Shown here one piece after another: positions 21,726 through 33,148 of a stretch of 64,000 nucleotides of DNA. The notes beneath the pieces were generated by a model. That model did no database searches and was not told where the DNA came from. It saw nothing but the letters and a program-made list of their open reading frames with translations. The stretch spans positions 96,001 through 160,000 of the forward strand of contig CAWJIM010000016.1 in the NCBI GenBank assembly GCA_963842945.1, given 5' to 3'. Each line of letters starts with the position of its first letter. The stretch's first letter is position 1. This DNA comes from an uncultured Gemmatimonadales bacterium. Lineage in GTDB: Bacteria > Gemmatimonadota > Gemmatimonadetes > Gemmatimonadales > GWC2-71-9. The position numbers were made by a program, and so were the translations under genes.

Positions 21726-23825
21726 ATGACCATATCTCAGGACGGCACATGACTCCCCCTCGCACGACTTCCGCCTCCTTGCCGCGCGGCGGCGCTGGCG
21801 GCAGCTCCCTCGCTCAGCGTGCTCAGGGCCCAGACCGGGCAACAGTCTTCCGGCGCTGGCATCGATGTCTCCGGCATGGATCGCTCGGTCAAGCCGGGAG
21901 ACGACTTCTTCGACTACGCCAACGGCACCTGGCTCAAGAACACCGAGATCCCGCCCGACAAGTCCAACTACGGCGCGGGCGCCATCCTGAACGATCAGAC
22001 CGATAAGCGGGTGGCCGATCTCATCCAGCAGGTAGCAAAGGGATCGGCACCGGCCAACTCCGAGCGGAGCAAGATCGGGCTCTACTACACCACCTTCATG
22101 GATACCGTGGCTATCGACAAGGCCGGCCTCAAGCCGCTCAAGGCCGCGCTCGATTCCATAGCCGCAATCAGGGATCGGCGTCAGCTGGCACAGTTTCTCG
22201 GCTCGACTCTGCGAGCCGACGTTGACGCGCTCAACAGCACGAACTTTTACACCGAGAACCTGCTGGGCCTCTGGGTGGCTCAGGATCTGGATGATCCGAC
22301 CCAGTACTCGCCCTTCCTGCTCCAGGGTGGCCTGGGCTTGCCCGACCGCAGCTACTACGTGGATACCTCCGCGGGGATGGGCGAGATCCGCGCCAAGTAT
22401 CAGCAACACGTCGCCGCTCTTCTGGGGCTGGCCGGCGTAGCCGACAGCGCCCGAAAGGCCGAGACGATCGTGCAGCTGGAGAACAAGATTGCCCAGGCCC
22501 ATTGGACCCGAGAGGCCTCGGGCGATGTCAGCAAGGCGAACAACCACTGGACCCGGGCGGAATTCAGCAGCAAGGCGCCGGGACTCGATTGGGGCGCCTA
22601 CTTCGCCGGAGCAGGCCTGGACCAGGCGGCTCGATTCAGCGTGTGGCAGCCCAGCGCGGTCACCGGCATATCGGCGCTCACGGCAAGCGAGCCGATCGAG
22701 ACCTGGAAGGACTATCTGACCTTCCACGCCATTCAGTCGAGGGTCGCCGTCCTTCCAGCGGCCTTTTATCGCCAGACATTCTCGTTCTTCGGTCCGGTAC
22801 TGAGCGGCGCCCAGAAGCCGCGCGACCGTTGGAAGCGGGCGGTCAGCGCCACCAACGCCGCGCTGGGCTACGCGATCGGGCGGATGTATGTAGCGCGCTA
22901 CTTCCCGCCGGCGTCCAAGGCGAGAGCGCAGGAGATGGTCAGCAATATCATCGCCGCGTTCCGCGACCGGATCGACAGCCTCGACTGGATGGCGCCCGCC
23001 ACCAAGCAGGAAGCGAAGGCCAAGCTCACGGTCCTCAAGGTCGGCGTCGGTTACCCCGACAAGTGGCCGAGCTACTCCGGTCTGCAGATCGTCAAGGGAG
23101 ACGCTTACGGCAACCTCGAGCGGGCCCGGTTGTACGAGTACCGCCGCTCGCTGGAGAAGCTGGGCAAGCCGGTGGACCGGGACGAGTGGGTGATGACGCC
23201 GCAGACGGTCAACGCGGTGAACCTGCCCGCCATGAATGGACTCAACTTTCCCGCCGCCATCCTGCAGCCGCCGTTCTTCGATGCCAAACGCCCGGTGGCC
23301 ATGGATTACGGGGCGATCGGCTCGGTGATCGGCCACGAGGTGAGTCACAGCTTCGACAACCAGGGCGCGCTGTTCGATTCCAAGGGACGCTTGCACAACT
23401 GGTGGACGGCGGAGGACTTCAAGCATTTTCAGGCTTCATCGCAACAACTGGTGGCTCAGTACAATCAGTACCGTCCTTTCCCCGACCTCGCGGTCAACGG
23501 CCAGCAGACTCTGGGAGAGAACATTGCCGACGTGGCCGGCCTGGCCGCCGCGTATGACGCCTTTCATCGCTCGCTCAAGGGCAAGCCCGCACCCGCGGTG
23601 CAGAAGTTCACCGGCGACCAGCAGTTCTTCATCAGCTTTGCCCAGGCTTGGCGGGGGAAGGCCAGAGAGCCGGCGCTGCGCAACCAGATCCTGACCGATG
23701 GCCACGCTCCGGCCAGGTACCGGGCCAGCACCGTGCGCAATTTGGATCAGTGGTATCAGGCCTTTGACCTAAAGCCGGGGGAGAAGCTGTACCTGGCGGA
23801 GAAGGACCGTGTAAGGGTCTGGTAA
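21726..23825 (+). CDS. M13 family zinc metallopeptidase (neprilysin/PepO-like); N-terminus frameshifted
   Basis: VKPGDDFFDYANGTW, GGLGLPDRSYY, TVNA, FPAAILQPPFF, IGHEVSHSFD, GENIADVAG, DGHAP. Confidence 0.93.
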
Positions 23826-23858
23826 GCGGGGAGGCTGGAAAGCGGGGAGGCGGGGAGG
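23826..23858. repeat. short GCGGGGAG-type tandem repeat after stop codon
   Basis: gcggggaggctggaaagcggggaggcggggagg. Confidence 0.6.
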
Positions 23859-23992
23859 ATCAGCTGAGCGGCAGCTGCGAAATTCGTGGGTACCACCTAC
23901 ACCTGGAAGTTTTGCCGTTAGGCAGGCGCCCTACCGCATCCGGGGCATCCCGCCGTATCCTTCTGGGGTGCCCCCGCAGCAACGAGGCCGGT

Positions 23993-24367
23993 ATGCCCGC
24001 CAAGTATCTTGCGCTCCTTTTGCTCCTCCCCCTGGCCCCAGCCTGTGAGAGCTCCAGCGCGCCAGCTGAGGACGAGTTCACTATTCAGACCACCGGAGAA
24101 GAGATCGTCCTGAGCAACGCCGCCGACAAACCCACGTTCTACTTCATCGTGGAGCGGCAGACGGCGGCGTTGCTCGACTTTGCCACCTGCGTTCAGGGCC
24201 GCGACTGCAAGAGCGTCGCCCCGGGGAAGACGGTTCGAATTCCTTACCGCCAAATCGCCGGGTACAAGCCCGAGCGCAAGGAAGCCATTGTGTACTGGTG
24301 GAGGACTGTGCTCGCCGCTACCGGTCCTCGGGTGGACAAGCTGCGGAGCCAGGTGGTGGAGCTATAG
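23993..24367 (+). CDS. hypothetical lipoprotein
   Basis: MPAKYLALLLLLPLAPAC signal/lipobox-like; SD GAGG upstream. Confidence 0.7.
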   Translation: MPAKYLALLLLLPLAPACESSSAPAEDEFTIQTTGEEIVLSNAADKPTFYFIVERQTAALLDFATCVQGRDCKSVAPGKTVRIPYRQIAGYKPERKEAIVYWWRTVLAATGPRVDKLRSQVVEL

Positions 24368-24372
24368 TGAAA

Positions 24373-24492
24373 ATGATGAGAGTGCCTCAGCCGGAGCCGC
24401 ACCCACAGCCGTATCCCAACCCGACCAACCCGTCTCGTCGGCCGGAGCCGCCACCCCGTCCGGAGCCTCAGCCCGACGGCGAGCCGGACTAA
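24373..24492 (+). CDS. possible small proline-rich peptide (39 aa)
   Basis: MMRVPQPEPHPQPYPNPTNPSRRPEPPPRPEPQPDGEPD* fills the gap between convergent genes. Confidence 0.4.
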   Translation: MMRVPQPEPHPQPYPNPTNPSRRPEPPPRPEPQPDGEPD

Positions 24493-25082
24493 CCGATCTG
24501 GTCCCCCGCGCTCTCGCTGTCGTCGAGGTGAAGCTCGTGCCGGGCGGTCCGATGGATGATGAACACGATCACTGCGCCCACCAGGAGCACACCCAGCAAC
24601 CAGAGCTCCACCCGTTTCACCTTCCCCAGTATCGCGATGGCACTCCCACTCACGAGGTAACCGAGTCCGGTAAACACCAGCGTGCCCATAGTACAGCCGA
24701 TAGCGTCGATCAGCAGAAACCGGCCGACGCGAAGACCATGCAGTCCCCAGAACAGCATGCTGGCCGCCTTCGTGCCGTAGACGAAGCGTGCCGCCAGCAG
24801 TTCCCACGGGCCTAATCGGTAAGCCAGTCGCTCGATGGTGGGACCTACTCGGCGATACAGCTTTCCCTGCCGGAATCTCGGCCCGCGCAGCCGGCCAAAC
24901 CCGAACCAGATCGAGTCACCCACAAGGCTCCCCAGCACGCCCGCGGCTATGGCGTGAGGAAATGGGAAAATGCCGAGGTGGGATACAACGCCCGCCAGGA
25001 TCAGACTGAAGTCCCCTTCGAACGCCGCTCCCAGTACTACCGCCAGCAATCCGTAGCGGATCAGCAGCTCCTGCAGGTGCAT
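24489..25082 (-). CDS. DedA family membrane protein
   Basis: YGLLAVVLGAAFEGD, GSLVGDSIWFGFGR, ARFVYG, RFLLIDAIG. Confidence 0.88.
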   Translation of the reverse strand: MHLQELLIRYGLLAVVLGAAFEGDFSLILAGVVSHLGIFPFPHAIAAGVLGSLVGDSIWFGFGRLRGPRFRQGKLYRRVGPTIERLAYRLGPWELLAARFVYGTKAASMLFWGLHGLRVGRFLLIDAIGCTMGTLVFTGLGYLVSGSAIAILGKVKRVELWLLGVLLVGAVIVFIIHRTARHELHLDDSESAGDQIG

Positions 25083-25086
25083 CGGA

Positions 25087-26781
25087 TCAGGCGCTGCTTT
25101 GAGGGGTTGGGGACGGCTGCTCCGGGGACAGGCCCAAGTGCTTTCGGGCCAGCGCCAGCGCGTCGTCGATGTTGGCGCACAGAAACTCCTCGCCGATCTC
25201 GTCCAGCAGCTCCGACCGGCCCAACGCGATGAGGGGCTGAGCATGAACGTCGGACAGCAGCACCAGGGTGCCATCCTTCCGAGTGCGCCGCACTAGATCT
25301 CTCAGCGCATGCATTGCAGTGGAATCGATGGCCGGCACGTTTCGCATGCGGACAATGAGGACCTTGGGCTTCTTGGAGACCTCCGAGAGAGTGTCCTTGA
25401 ACTTCTCCGCGGCCCCGAAGAAAAACGGGCCGTTGATCTCGTACACCTCGACGCCCTTGGGGACCTGCCGGCGATAGATGGCTCCGGAGACATCCCGGCT
25501 GGTCTTCGGGTCCTGGAACTCCTGGGACACCATGGTGACGTTGGTGACCTCCGCCATCCGTTTCATGAACAGGAAGGACGCCAGCACCATCCCTACCCCG
25601 ATGCCGGTGGTCAGGTCCACCAGTACGGTGAGGAGAAAGGTGGTTAGCATCACGATGGCATCACTCTTGGGTGCGCTGAGCTCGCTCTTGAAGACCTGCC
25701 ACTCCGCCATCCGGTAAGCCACCCAGAGCACGATCGCCGCGAGGGTCGCCAGCGGGATCAGTCCGGCGAGCCGGCCGAAGAACAGGGTAACGATCAGGAG
25801 CGTAAGCGCGTGAACGATGCCGGCCACCGGCGTGCGCCCGCCGCTCTTCACGTTTGTGGCGGTTCGGGCGATCGCGCCGGTGGCGGGGATTCCCCCGAAG
25901 AGCGGGGTCACCACGTTGGCCACTCCCTGGGCCACCAGCTCCATGTTCGAGCGGTGGCGCCCGCCGATCATGCCGTCCGCCACGACGGCCGAGAGGAGCG
26001 ACTCCACCGCGCCCAGCGCCGCGATCGCCAGAGCGGGCACCACCAGCTGACGCCCTTCGGCCAGTGAAACGCTCGGCAGCGAGATCCGGGGAAACCCGGC
26101 GCTGATCTCCCCAAATCGAGTTCCGATAGTCTCCACCGGAAGATGCAGCAGATGGCTCAGGACGGTCGTCAGGATCAGCGCCACGAAGGGCGCCGGCACT
26201 CGGTGGCTCACCCGGGGCCAGAACCGGAGTACCAGGAGCGTAACGAGAGAGATCCCGACCGCATAGGCATTCACCGTCCGGATGCTGGAAAGGTAGAGGC
26301 CCAGCCGCTCGATGACTTCCGGGGGCGCTGACGTCATCCGCACCCCCAGCACGTCCCGCAGCTGCTGAACGATGAGAATGACGCCGATGCCGGAGGTGAA
26401 GCCGGTGACCACCGGAAAGGGGATGAACTTGATGGCCGCTCCCAGACGGGCCAGCCCGAACCCGATGAGGATCAGCCCGGCGAAGATGGTAGCCACCGTG
26501 AGTCCGTCCAGGCCGTATCTTTGGACGATGCCGTAAACCACCACCACGAAAGCTCCGGTGGGTCCGCCGATCTGCACCCGCGATCCGCCCAGCGCCGAGA
26601 TCAGAAAGCCAGCGATCACGGCGGTGTAGAGGCCGCGCTCGGGGGTCACTCCGCTGGCGATGGCAAAGGCTATCGCCAGAGGCAGCGCCACTATCCCGAC
26701 GATCACCCCCGCAGTGAGGTCGGCCAGGAACTGGGCCCGGGTGTAGGTTTGGAGGGTGGTGACGAGCTTAGGAAGGAGCAA
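25087..26781 (-). CDS. SulP/SLC26 anion permease with STAS domain
   Basis: DLTAGVIVGIVALPLAIAFAIASG, QIGGPTGAF, PATGAIARTATN, YEINGPFFFGAA. Confidence 0.95.
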   Translation of the reverse strand: MLLPKLVTTLQTYTRAQFLADLTAGVIVGIVALPLAIAFAIASGVTPERGLYTAVIAGFLISALGGSRVQIGGPTGAFVVVVYGIVQRYGLDGLTVATIFAGLILIGFGLARLGAAIKFIPFPVVTGFTSGIGVILIVQQLRDVLGVRMTSAPPEVIERLGLYLSSIRTVNAYAVGISLVTLLVLRFWPRVSHRVPAPFVALILTTVLSHLLHLPVETIGTRFGEISAGFPRISLPSVSLAEGRQLVVPALAIAALGAVESLLSAVVADGMIGGRHRSNMELVAQGVANVVTPLFGGIPATGAIARTATNVKSGGRTPVAGIVHALTLLIVTLFFGRLAGLIPLATLAAIVLWVAYRMAEWQVFKSELSAPKSDAIVMLTTFLLTVLVDLTTGIGVGMVLASFLFMKRMAEVTNVTMVSQEFQDPKTSRDVSGAIYRRQVPKGVEVYEINGPFFFGAAEKFKDTLSEVSKKPKVLIVRMRNVPAIDSTAMHALRDLVRRTRKDGTLVLLSDVHAQPLIALGRSELLDEIGEEFLCANIDDALALARKHLGLSPEQPSPTPQSSA

Positions 26782-26823
26782 GTCAGCGGGGTCGGGTGAT
26801 AAGCTGGTACCAGAGTGGTCGGT

Positions 26824-28155
26824 TCACAGCAGCAGCGTCCCTGCCAGACCCAGCAACAGGAGGAACCCGCATACATCGGTGAACGTGGTCACGAAGATCG
26901 AGGAGGCCACGGCGGGATCGGCACCGAGGCGCTCAAGCAGGATGGGGATGAACGCGCCGGCAAAGCCGGCCACCATCAGGTTTCCGCTCATGGCCAGGAA
27001 GACCACTACACCGAGCTTGGGCCCTTCGCCGACCAGTGCAGCGACGGTTCCCACGGCGAGACCCATGACAATCCCGTTGGTGACACCGACCAGGATCTCC
27101 TTGCCTACCACCCGTGCGAACAGGTGCACCGGAATCAGACCCAAGGCCAGCCGGCGAACGGTGACGGCGAGCGCCTGAGTACCCGCATTCCCGCCCATTC
27201 CAGCGATGATCGGCATCCAAATCGCGAGTGCAACGGTGTGCTGGATGGTGTGCTGGAACAGGTACACCACGCCGCCGGCCAGGAACGCGGTCAGCAGATT
27301 CACCGACAGCCAGGGCAACCGGCTTCGCACCGCCGTCTCCCAGCCTGCGCCGAGATCCTCGTCGGCGGACACACCGCCGAAACGGAGCATGTCTTCCGTA
27401 GTTTCCGCTTCGACCACGTCAATGACATCGTCGAAGGTGACCCGTCCGAGCAGCTGCCGCTGCTCGTTCACCACGGGGATGCTCGGCAGGTTGTATCGCG
27501 CCATCAACCGAGCCACCTCTTCCTGGTCCAGCTCGGGGGTGACGAAGATGTCGGCGTCTTCCATGAAAGACCGGACCGGCCGGTCGGGCCGGCTGATCAC
27601 CAGGTCTTTGAACGGCAGGATTCCGACCAGCCTCCGGTCGGCGTCGACCACGAACACCTGGTAGAAGTCCTCGACTTCTTCGGACTGGCGACGGATCTCC
27701 TCCAGAGCCTCCCCCGCGGTCGCCGTGACCGGAACGGTGACCATGTGGGTGGTCATCAATCCACCCGCGCTCTCCTCGTCGTAGCGAAGGAGCTGTTCTA
27801 CCTCGGAGCGGTCTTCGACCGCAGCGAGGATCTGCTCCTGCCGGGAGGGATCGAGGTTTCCCAGGATGTCGGCCGCGTCATCGTCATCGAGCTCGTCGAC
27901 GATCTCCGCGGCAAGATCCGGATCGAGGGCCGCCAGCGTTTCGCCCGCGTGGGCCTCTTCCGGCATCTCGGCCAGGGCTTGGCTGGAGAGCTCGGGCGGC
28001 AGCGCCTGCACCGCCGAAACCCGCTGTTTCACGTCCAGAGCGGTGAGGACTTCTGCCAGGTCGGCCGGCTCGAAATCATGGGCGCGGCGGGTAAACAGGC
28101 CAAGCTCACCCTTCCGGACCAGGTCCACCATCCGGTCGAGGAGCTTTCGCATCAT
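26824..28155 (-). CDS. mgtE: magnesium transporter MgtE
   Basis: [14 protein letters not shown] pair, [34 protein letters not shown]. Confidence 0.95.
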   Translation of the reverse strand: MMRKLLDRMVDLVRKGELGLFTRRAHDFEPADLAEVLTALDVKQRVSAVQALPPELSSQALAEMPEEAHAGETLAALDPDLAAEIVDELDDDDAADILGNLDPSRQEQILAAVEDRSEVEQLLRYDEESAGGLMTTHMVTVPVTATAGEALEEIRRQSEEVEDFYQVFVVDADRRLVGILPFKDLVISRPDRPVRSFMEDADIFVTPELDQEEVARLMARYNLPSIPVVNEQRQLLGRVTFDDVIDVVEAETTEDMLRFGGVSADEDLGAGWETAVRSRLPWLSVNLLTAFLAGGVVYLFQHTIQHTVALAIWMPIIAGMGGNAGTQALAVTVRRLALGLIPVHLFARVVGKEILVGVTNGIVMGLAVGTVAALVGEGPKLGVVVFLAMSGNLMVAGFAGAFIPILLERLGADPAVASSIFVTTFTDVCGFLLLLGLAGTLLL

Positions 28156-29342
28156 GGCGCGGGTGTGAGAGGAGTGGGCGGTAGCTGGTCCGGAGCGGAT
28201 CAGCAGCCGCTCGATCCGGGTAGGTGAGGCCTGTACGACATCAAACTCCAGTCCCTGTACCAGGAACCGTTCGCCGGCATTGGGGATTCGCCCGGCCCAC
28301 TCGACCAGCAAGCCTCCCACGGTCGTGGAGCGTCCCGAGGGAAGCGACACCCCGAACCGCTCCTCAATGGCCTGGGTGGAGACGTTCCCATCGGTCTCGA
28401 ACAACGTGGGCACTGGCGAGAGCGTCGATGCGACCTCTTCGTCGTGCTCGTCGAAGATCTCGCCCACCAGCTCCTCGAGCAGATCTTCCAGCGTCGCGAT
28501 GCCGAGGGTTCCGCCAAACTCATCGAGCACCACCGAGAGGTGGCGCCGCTCCCGCTGCATGTCGAGAAGGAGGTCGCCGCAGCTCCGGCTGGCCGGGGTC
28601 ATCGCAACAGGGCGGACCGGCAGCGGATCGCCCGGCCTCGAGCTTGAACAGGTCGAAGGCGTGCAGCATCCCGATGATGTCATCCAGCGTTCTCCGGATC
28701 ACCGGGATTCGGCTGTAGCCGCTGCCGGCAAAGACCAGCCGGATCTCCTCCAGCGGAGCATTCTCCTCGATGGCGACGATGTCGGTGCGTGGCGTCATCA
28801 CTTCACGGACGGGCCGGGAGGTGAACGCCATCACCCCGCCGACCATCATCAGCTCGTCGTCGCCCTGACCGCCGACCGCCGCTCCCTCCCGCCAGATCGA
28901 TCGAAGATCGGTGGGCCGGGTTGCGGTTCGGGCCGGCAGCAGGAGGCCCAGCGCCCTGGACCACGGCCGCAGGATGGGCGTGACCCGGGCCGCCACACTC
29001 TCGGCCCGCGGGCTGGGTCAACCAGCGGGGCACCAGATAGGCGGCAAAGAGGACCAGCGGCACCGCAACCAGCACCAGCGCCACGAGCGACCTGGGAGCA
29101 CTGCCCGCCAGCAGGCCGGGCACGGAGGCGCCGAGCAGCAGAACCCCGAGCGACGTTGTGGCCGAGGCGGCGGTTAGGTAGCGGTCGATTTGCGCCAGTC
29201 CGGCCAGCGAGGCCGCGGCCCCCCGCAGTCTCCGGCCAACCGCCCGCGTGAGCTCGGCCCGGCTTACGGTGATAAGCGCTGACCCCGCCGTGGCGCCGAA
29301 GACGGTGAGCACAACGCCGAGAGCGACCGCGAGCCAGATCAT
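28152..29342 (-). CDS. CNNM/CBS/CorC-HlyC (hemolysin-family) protein, frameshifted
   Basis: N-terminal TM region, [59 protein letters not shown]. Confidence 0.88.
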
Positions 29343-30532
29343 CGAGCCGCGCGCTCCTGCTCGACGGGAACGTCGACCGGAGTGCGGTACACTCCGATCC
29401 GTCTCACCCGCCGGCGCACCACATGCTCCACCACCAGCCGGAAGCCTTCGACATCGATGGACTCGCCCGACCTCGGTACCCGTCCAAACTCCGCCAGAAC
29501 CAGGCCGCCCACGGTACTGACGTCGTCCCGGTCGAAGCTGTGTCCCAGCGCCGCTTCAAGCTCGGACAAGGCCACGCCGCCTTCGACTCGCCACTGATCT
29601 TCGCTGACCACCTGAATGGGGGCGACCTCGTCGGTATCGTACTCGTCCTGGATCTCTCCGACGATCTGCTCCAGGATGTCTTCCAGGGTGACGATTCCAG
29701 CGGTACCGCCGAACTCATCCACGACCACCGCCAGATGGCTGGGGCCCCGCTGAAAGTCACGCACCTGCCGGTCGAGCGTCTTCCCCTCGGGCACGAACGC
29801 CGCCGGACGGATCAAGGCGTGCCAGGGCCGGGGATCGTCCTGGCCGATCGCCAGAATGTCCTTGGCATAGATGACGCCGATTACGGCATCCGGATTGCCG
29901 TCGTAGACCAACAGACGGGCGTGCTCCGAGCTTCGGAGCGTCTTGATGACCTCGTCCGGCTCGGCCGAGAGGTCTACCGAAACGATATCCATCCGCGGCG
30001 TCATCACCTCGGCGACCGTGGTATCTGCCAGGGAGAATACCCCAAGCAGCATGTCGCGTTGGGCCTCTCCCGATTGCCGGCTGATATTGGCCGGCGCTCG
30101 GGCGCGGGCCCGGGCATCGGCCCATGCGGCCAGCCGGAGCAAGGGACGGAACGGCACGAGGGTCGGGATTGCGGCCCGGCGGACCGGCACCGTGATGTCA
30201 GGAGCGACGGCCGCAAGCAACCGGGGCACCAGGTCGCCCAGGACCCAGACCAGCAGTACCGCCAGGAACAGCCGCACGAGACCGAGCGCAGGCGACCAGG
30301 CCCACCAGGCAACGGCACCCCCGGCCGCAGCGCCGGCCAGCATGAGCAAGGCAAGGTGGGCGATGTGAAGGTTGCGCGACACCGTGCCCGCTCCGCTGTC
30401 GCTGCCGATCTGACCGCTCAAGGCACGGGGCAGATCGGCGTCCGATTCGGCGGCGAGCGCCAGCCAGGCCGCCCAGAGGGTGAGCAGGGCCGCGAGCAGA
30501 GGCGCGATGAACAGCTGCAGCATCGCGATCAT
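29339..30532 (-). CDS. CNNM/CBS/CorC-HlyC (hemolysin-family) protein
   Basis: VAEVMTPRMDIV, VVVDEFGGTAGIVTLEDILEQIVGEIQDEYD, STVGGLV. Confidence 0.9.
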   Translation of the reverse strand: MIAMLQLFIAPLLAALLTLWAAWLALAAESDADLPRALSGQIGSDSGAGTVSRNLHIAHLALLMLAGAAAGGAVAWWAWSPALGLVRLFLAVLLVWVLGDLVPRLLAAVAPDITVPVRRAAIPTLVPFRPLLRLAAWADARARARAPANISRQSGEAQRDMLLGVFSLADTTVAEVMTPRMDIVSVDLSAEPDEVIKTLRSSEHARLLVYDGNPDAVIGVIYAKDILAIGQDDPRPWHALIRPAAFVPEGKTLDRQVRDFQRGPSHLAVVVDEFGGTAGIVTLEDILEQIVGEIQDEYDTDEVAPIQVVSEDQWRVEGGVALSELEAALGHSFDRDDVSTVGGLVLAEFGRVPRSGESIDVEGFRLVVEHVVRRRVRRIGVYRTPVDVPVEQERAAR

Positions 30533-30944
30533 GCCAGTGCCTCGACGTAGCGCTCCTGCCGGCGCCACATGGTGGAGCGGGTGCGCTCCGGACCTTCGGG
30601 GTGGTCCCGGCCGAGCGCGTGCAGCGTGCCGTGAACGATCAGCCGGATCAACTCTTCCCGAAACGAGATGCCTCGGGCCCGGGCTTCCTGCCGGGCCACC
30701 CAGGGGCAGATGTACACGTCTCCCACGATTCGGCCCGCGGGACCGGTCAACGCGAAGGTGAGCACATCGGTAGGGCGGTCGTGTCCCTTATGCTCGGCAT
30801 TGAGCCGGCGCATGGAGTCGCGGCCAAGGAACGTAACGGAGATCAGGGCGTTGCGGCGCTCCCGGCGAAGCACGGTCTGGACCACCCGCTGACCAGCGGA
30901 CGGGAGATCGGCAAGCGGCGTCCGCTCACCGCGACTTCACTCAC
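30529..30944 (-). CDS. ybeY: rRNA maturation endoribonuclease YbeY (frameshift ~30890)
   Basis: MRRLN..HKGHDRPTDVLTF, GDVYIC, RLIVHGTLHALGRDH. Confidence 0.92.
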
Positions 30945-33148
30945 GCTCGGCCGGCTGGAATTCCGGGGTGACACTGCCACTGGGCCGAGGATAGCCGATG
31001 CGCTTGTGGTAGGTGCCCGACATGACCCGGGCGAACTCGCGCTTGATCCGATCCAGATCGCGCAGGGTCAGCGGCGCATCATCCAGCTGACCCGAGCCCA
31101 TCTTCTGTTGAACCAGATGTTCGATGGCGCTGCGCACCGCTTCGGGTGTCGGGTTACCCAGCACCCGCACGGCTGCTTCGGCCGAATCGGCCAGCATGGC
31201 CACCGCCGTCTCGGCGGACTGCGGGCGCGGTCCCGGATAGCGGAAGTCAGCAGGATTTATCCGGCCTTCGGGATCGTTGCCTCGAGCCCGGCTCAGGAAG
31301 TAGGTGATGTACGTCGTTCCATGGTGTTCCGGAATGAAGGCCTTCACCACCTCCGGCAGCGCGGCAGCCTCAGCCAGCGCCAGTCCATCGAGCACGTGAC
31401 TCCGAATGAGTTTGGCCGACTCCAGCGGGGTCATCTGGTCATGCGGATTGGGCGCGGTGCCCTGGTTCTCCATGAAGTGGCCGGGGCTGGCCAGCTTGCC
31501 GATGTCGTGATAGTAGCAGCCGACGCGCGCGAGAAGTCCGTTTGCACCGATGATGTTGCAGGCCGATTCACAGAGGCTCGCCATGGCCAGACTGTGGGCC
31601 CAGGTGCCCGGGGCCTCGAGAGCCAGGCGCCGAAGCAGCGGTCGTCCCAGATCGGACAGCTCGACCAAGGTGAGGTCGGTGGTGATCCTGGTAGCCGACT
31701 CGGCCAGCGGCATTACGATCATGGCCAATGCGGCGCTGGCCAGCGCGATCACCAGGTCGAGCAGGCAGCTGCCCACAATGGTGCTGGTGGCCCAACCTTG
31801 TTCCAGCCCAACGGCAATGGTGGCGAGTATGCCCGCTCCAGCCACCACGCCGATGGTCAGGTAGAGATGCCGCCGGCGACGCACTACCCGAATACCCACC
31901 GCTCCGGCGACGCCGCTCACCAGGCCAAAGAACAGGACATAACTCTCCCGCAGGGCCCACTGGCCATCGAGCAGAATGGCGAGAGTCACGGCCGCGAACA
32001 CTCCGACCCAGCCCGTTGTACAGCATGGTCATGAGGATGGCCACGAACGGAATGGGCACCAGCTCGGGCCGACCCGGGAAGAAGCTGGACAGCGCCGCCG
32101 TCAGCAGTACCACCAAGGCAAACAGCGCGCCCAGGAAAATCATTTCCCGCAGGTGGGCGTAGCTCTCCCGCCGGTAGACTGCGATCAGGAGCCAGAAGCC
32201 GCTCAGGACCAGGCCATTGAAGAGCAGCGCTCCCGCCGCGCTCCGAACGGCGAGGCCGCCGCTGCCCCTCCGGCGATGCTCTTCGAGCATGGTGACCAGC
32301 TTGGCGTGCGCCTCCTCGGTGATCGGCTCGCCGGCGCGGACGATGCGCTCGCCGGTTCGAACCGAGTACTTGATCGGATTGACGCTGCCCCGCAGCTGGG
32401 ACCGGCGGGCCACGGTGACGAGGGGATCGAGCACGATGGTCGGCTGATAGAATGCGCCCACCAGACGGCGCAAGGTGCGCTGGCCCACCGCGGTGGGCAG
32501 GTTGAGTCCCGCCGCCTCGGCCTGCTCCATGAGGTCGGCAAAGGTGAGAATGGAATCTCGCGGGATGATCCGTTCGGTCTCGCCCCGGCGCAGTGCGATG
32601 GTCGGGCTGACCTCGCCTCGTATCGCCCCGGCATCGGCCACGCCGCGGGAAAGCGCCTCTGCCAGGAAATGGGTGCTCAGCTCCTGGATCTGCCGCCGAT
32701 TGGTAGAGTCGGTAAGAAATCGGGTTTCCTCGGGACCCAAACGGAGCCGAGCAGCCACAGCCTGGGCCACGGAGTCGGGTCCACCCCTCTCGGCGGCCTT
32801 GGCGAGATCGGCAAAGAAGCCGCGGGCGGCGGCGAGCGAGGAATCGTAGGCGGTGGGGCTGAAGCGGTAGACCGGTTGCGCGGTGAGCGCGCGGGACTCA
32901 CCTTCCCGTGCGATTTCCTCGGGTGACTTGCGCACCTCATACGCAAAGGGCGCCACCACTGATTGCTTGGAGATCTGGCCCACAGCCGGAACCGGAGTCC
33001 CAATGCCGATGAGCGGCGGAAAGGCGAGATAGGTAAGAAAGGCTACGGCCAGCAGCGGAGCCCAGCGCGCCAGGTGGTACCGGGCGCGTTCCCGGAGCGT
33101 TGCACCGCCCAGATTGACCCAGACTCGCGCGCTGGAGCGTCGAGCCAT
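30937..33148 (-). CDS. 7TM-HD phosphohydrolase (PgpH-like cyclic-dinucleotide phosphodiesterase), frameshift ~32005
   Basis: Extracellular domain plus TM helices, EAPGTWAHS, YYHDIGK, F.ENQ, EHHGT, FRYPGPRPQSAE, MLADS. Confidence 0.9.

Noticed and set aside
26824..28683. Apparent CorC/HlyC-MgtE fusion ORF (619 aa)
   Set aside because: A one-base shift near 28170 would end the upstream gene at CCATGA overlapping the mgtE ATG, matching the coupling seen elsewhere in the operon. Probably an artefact.
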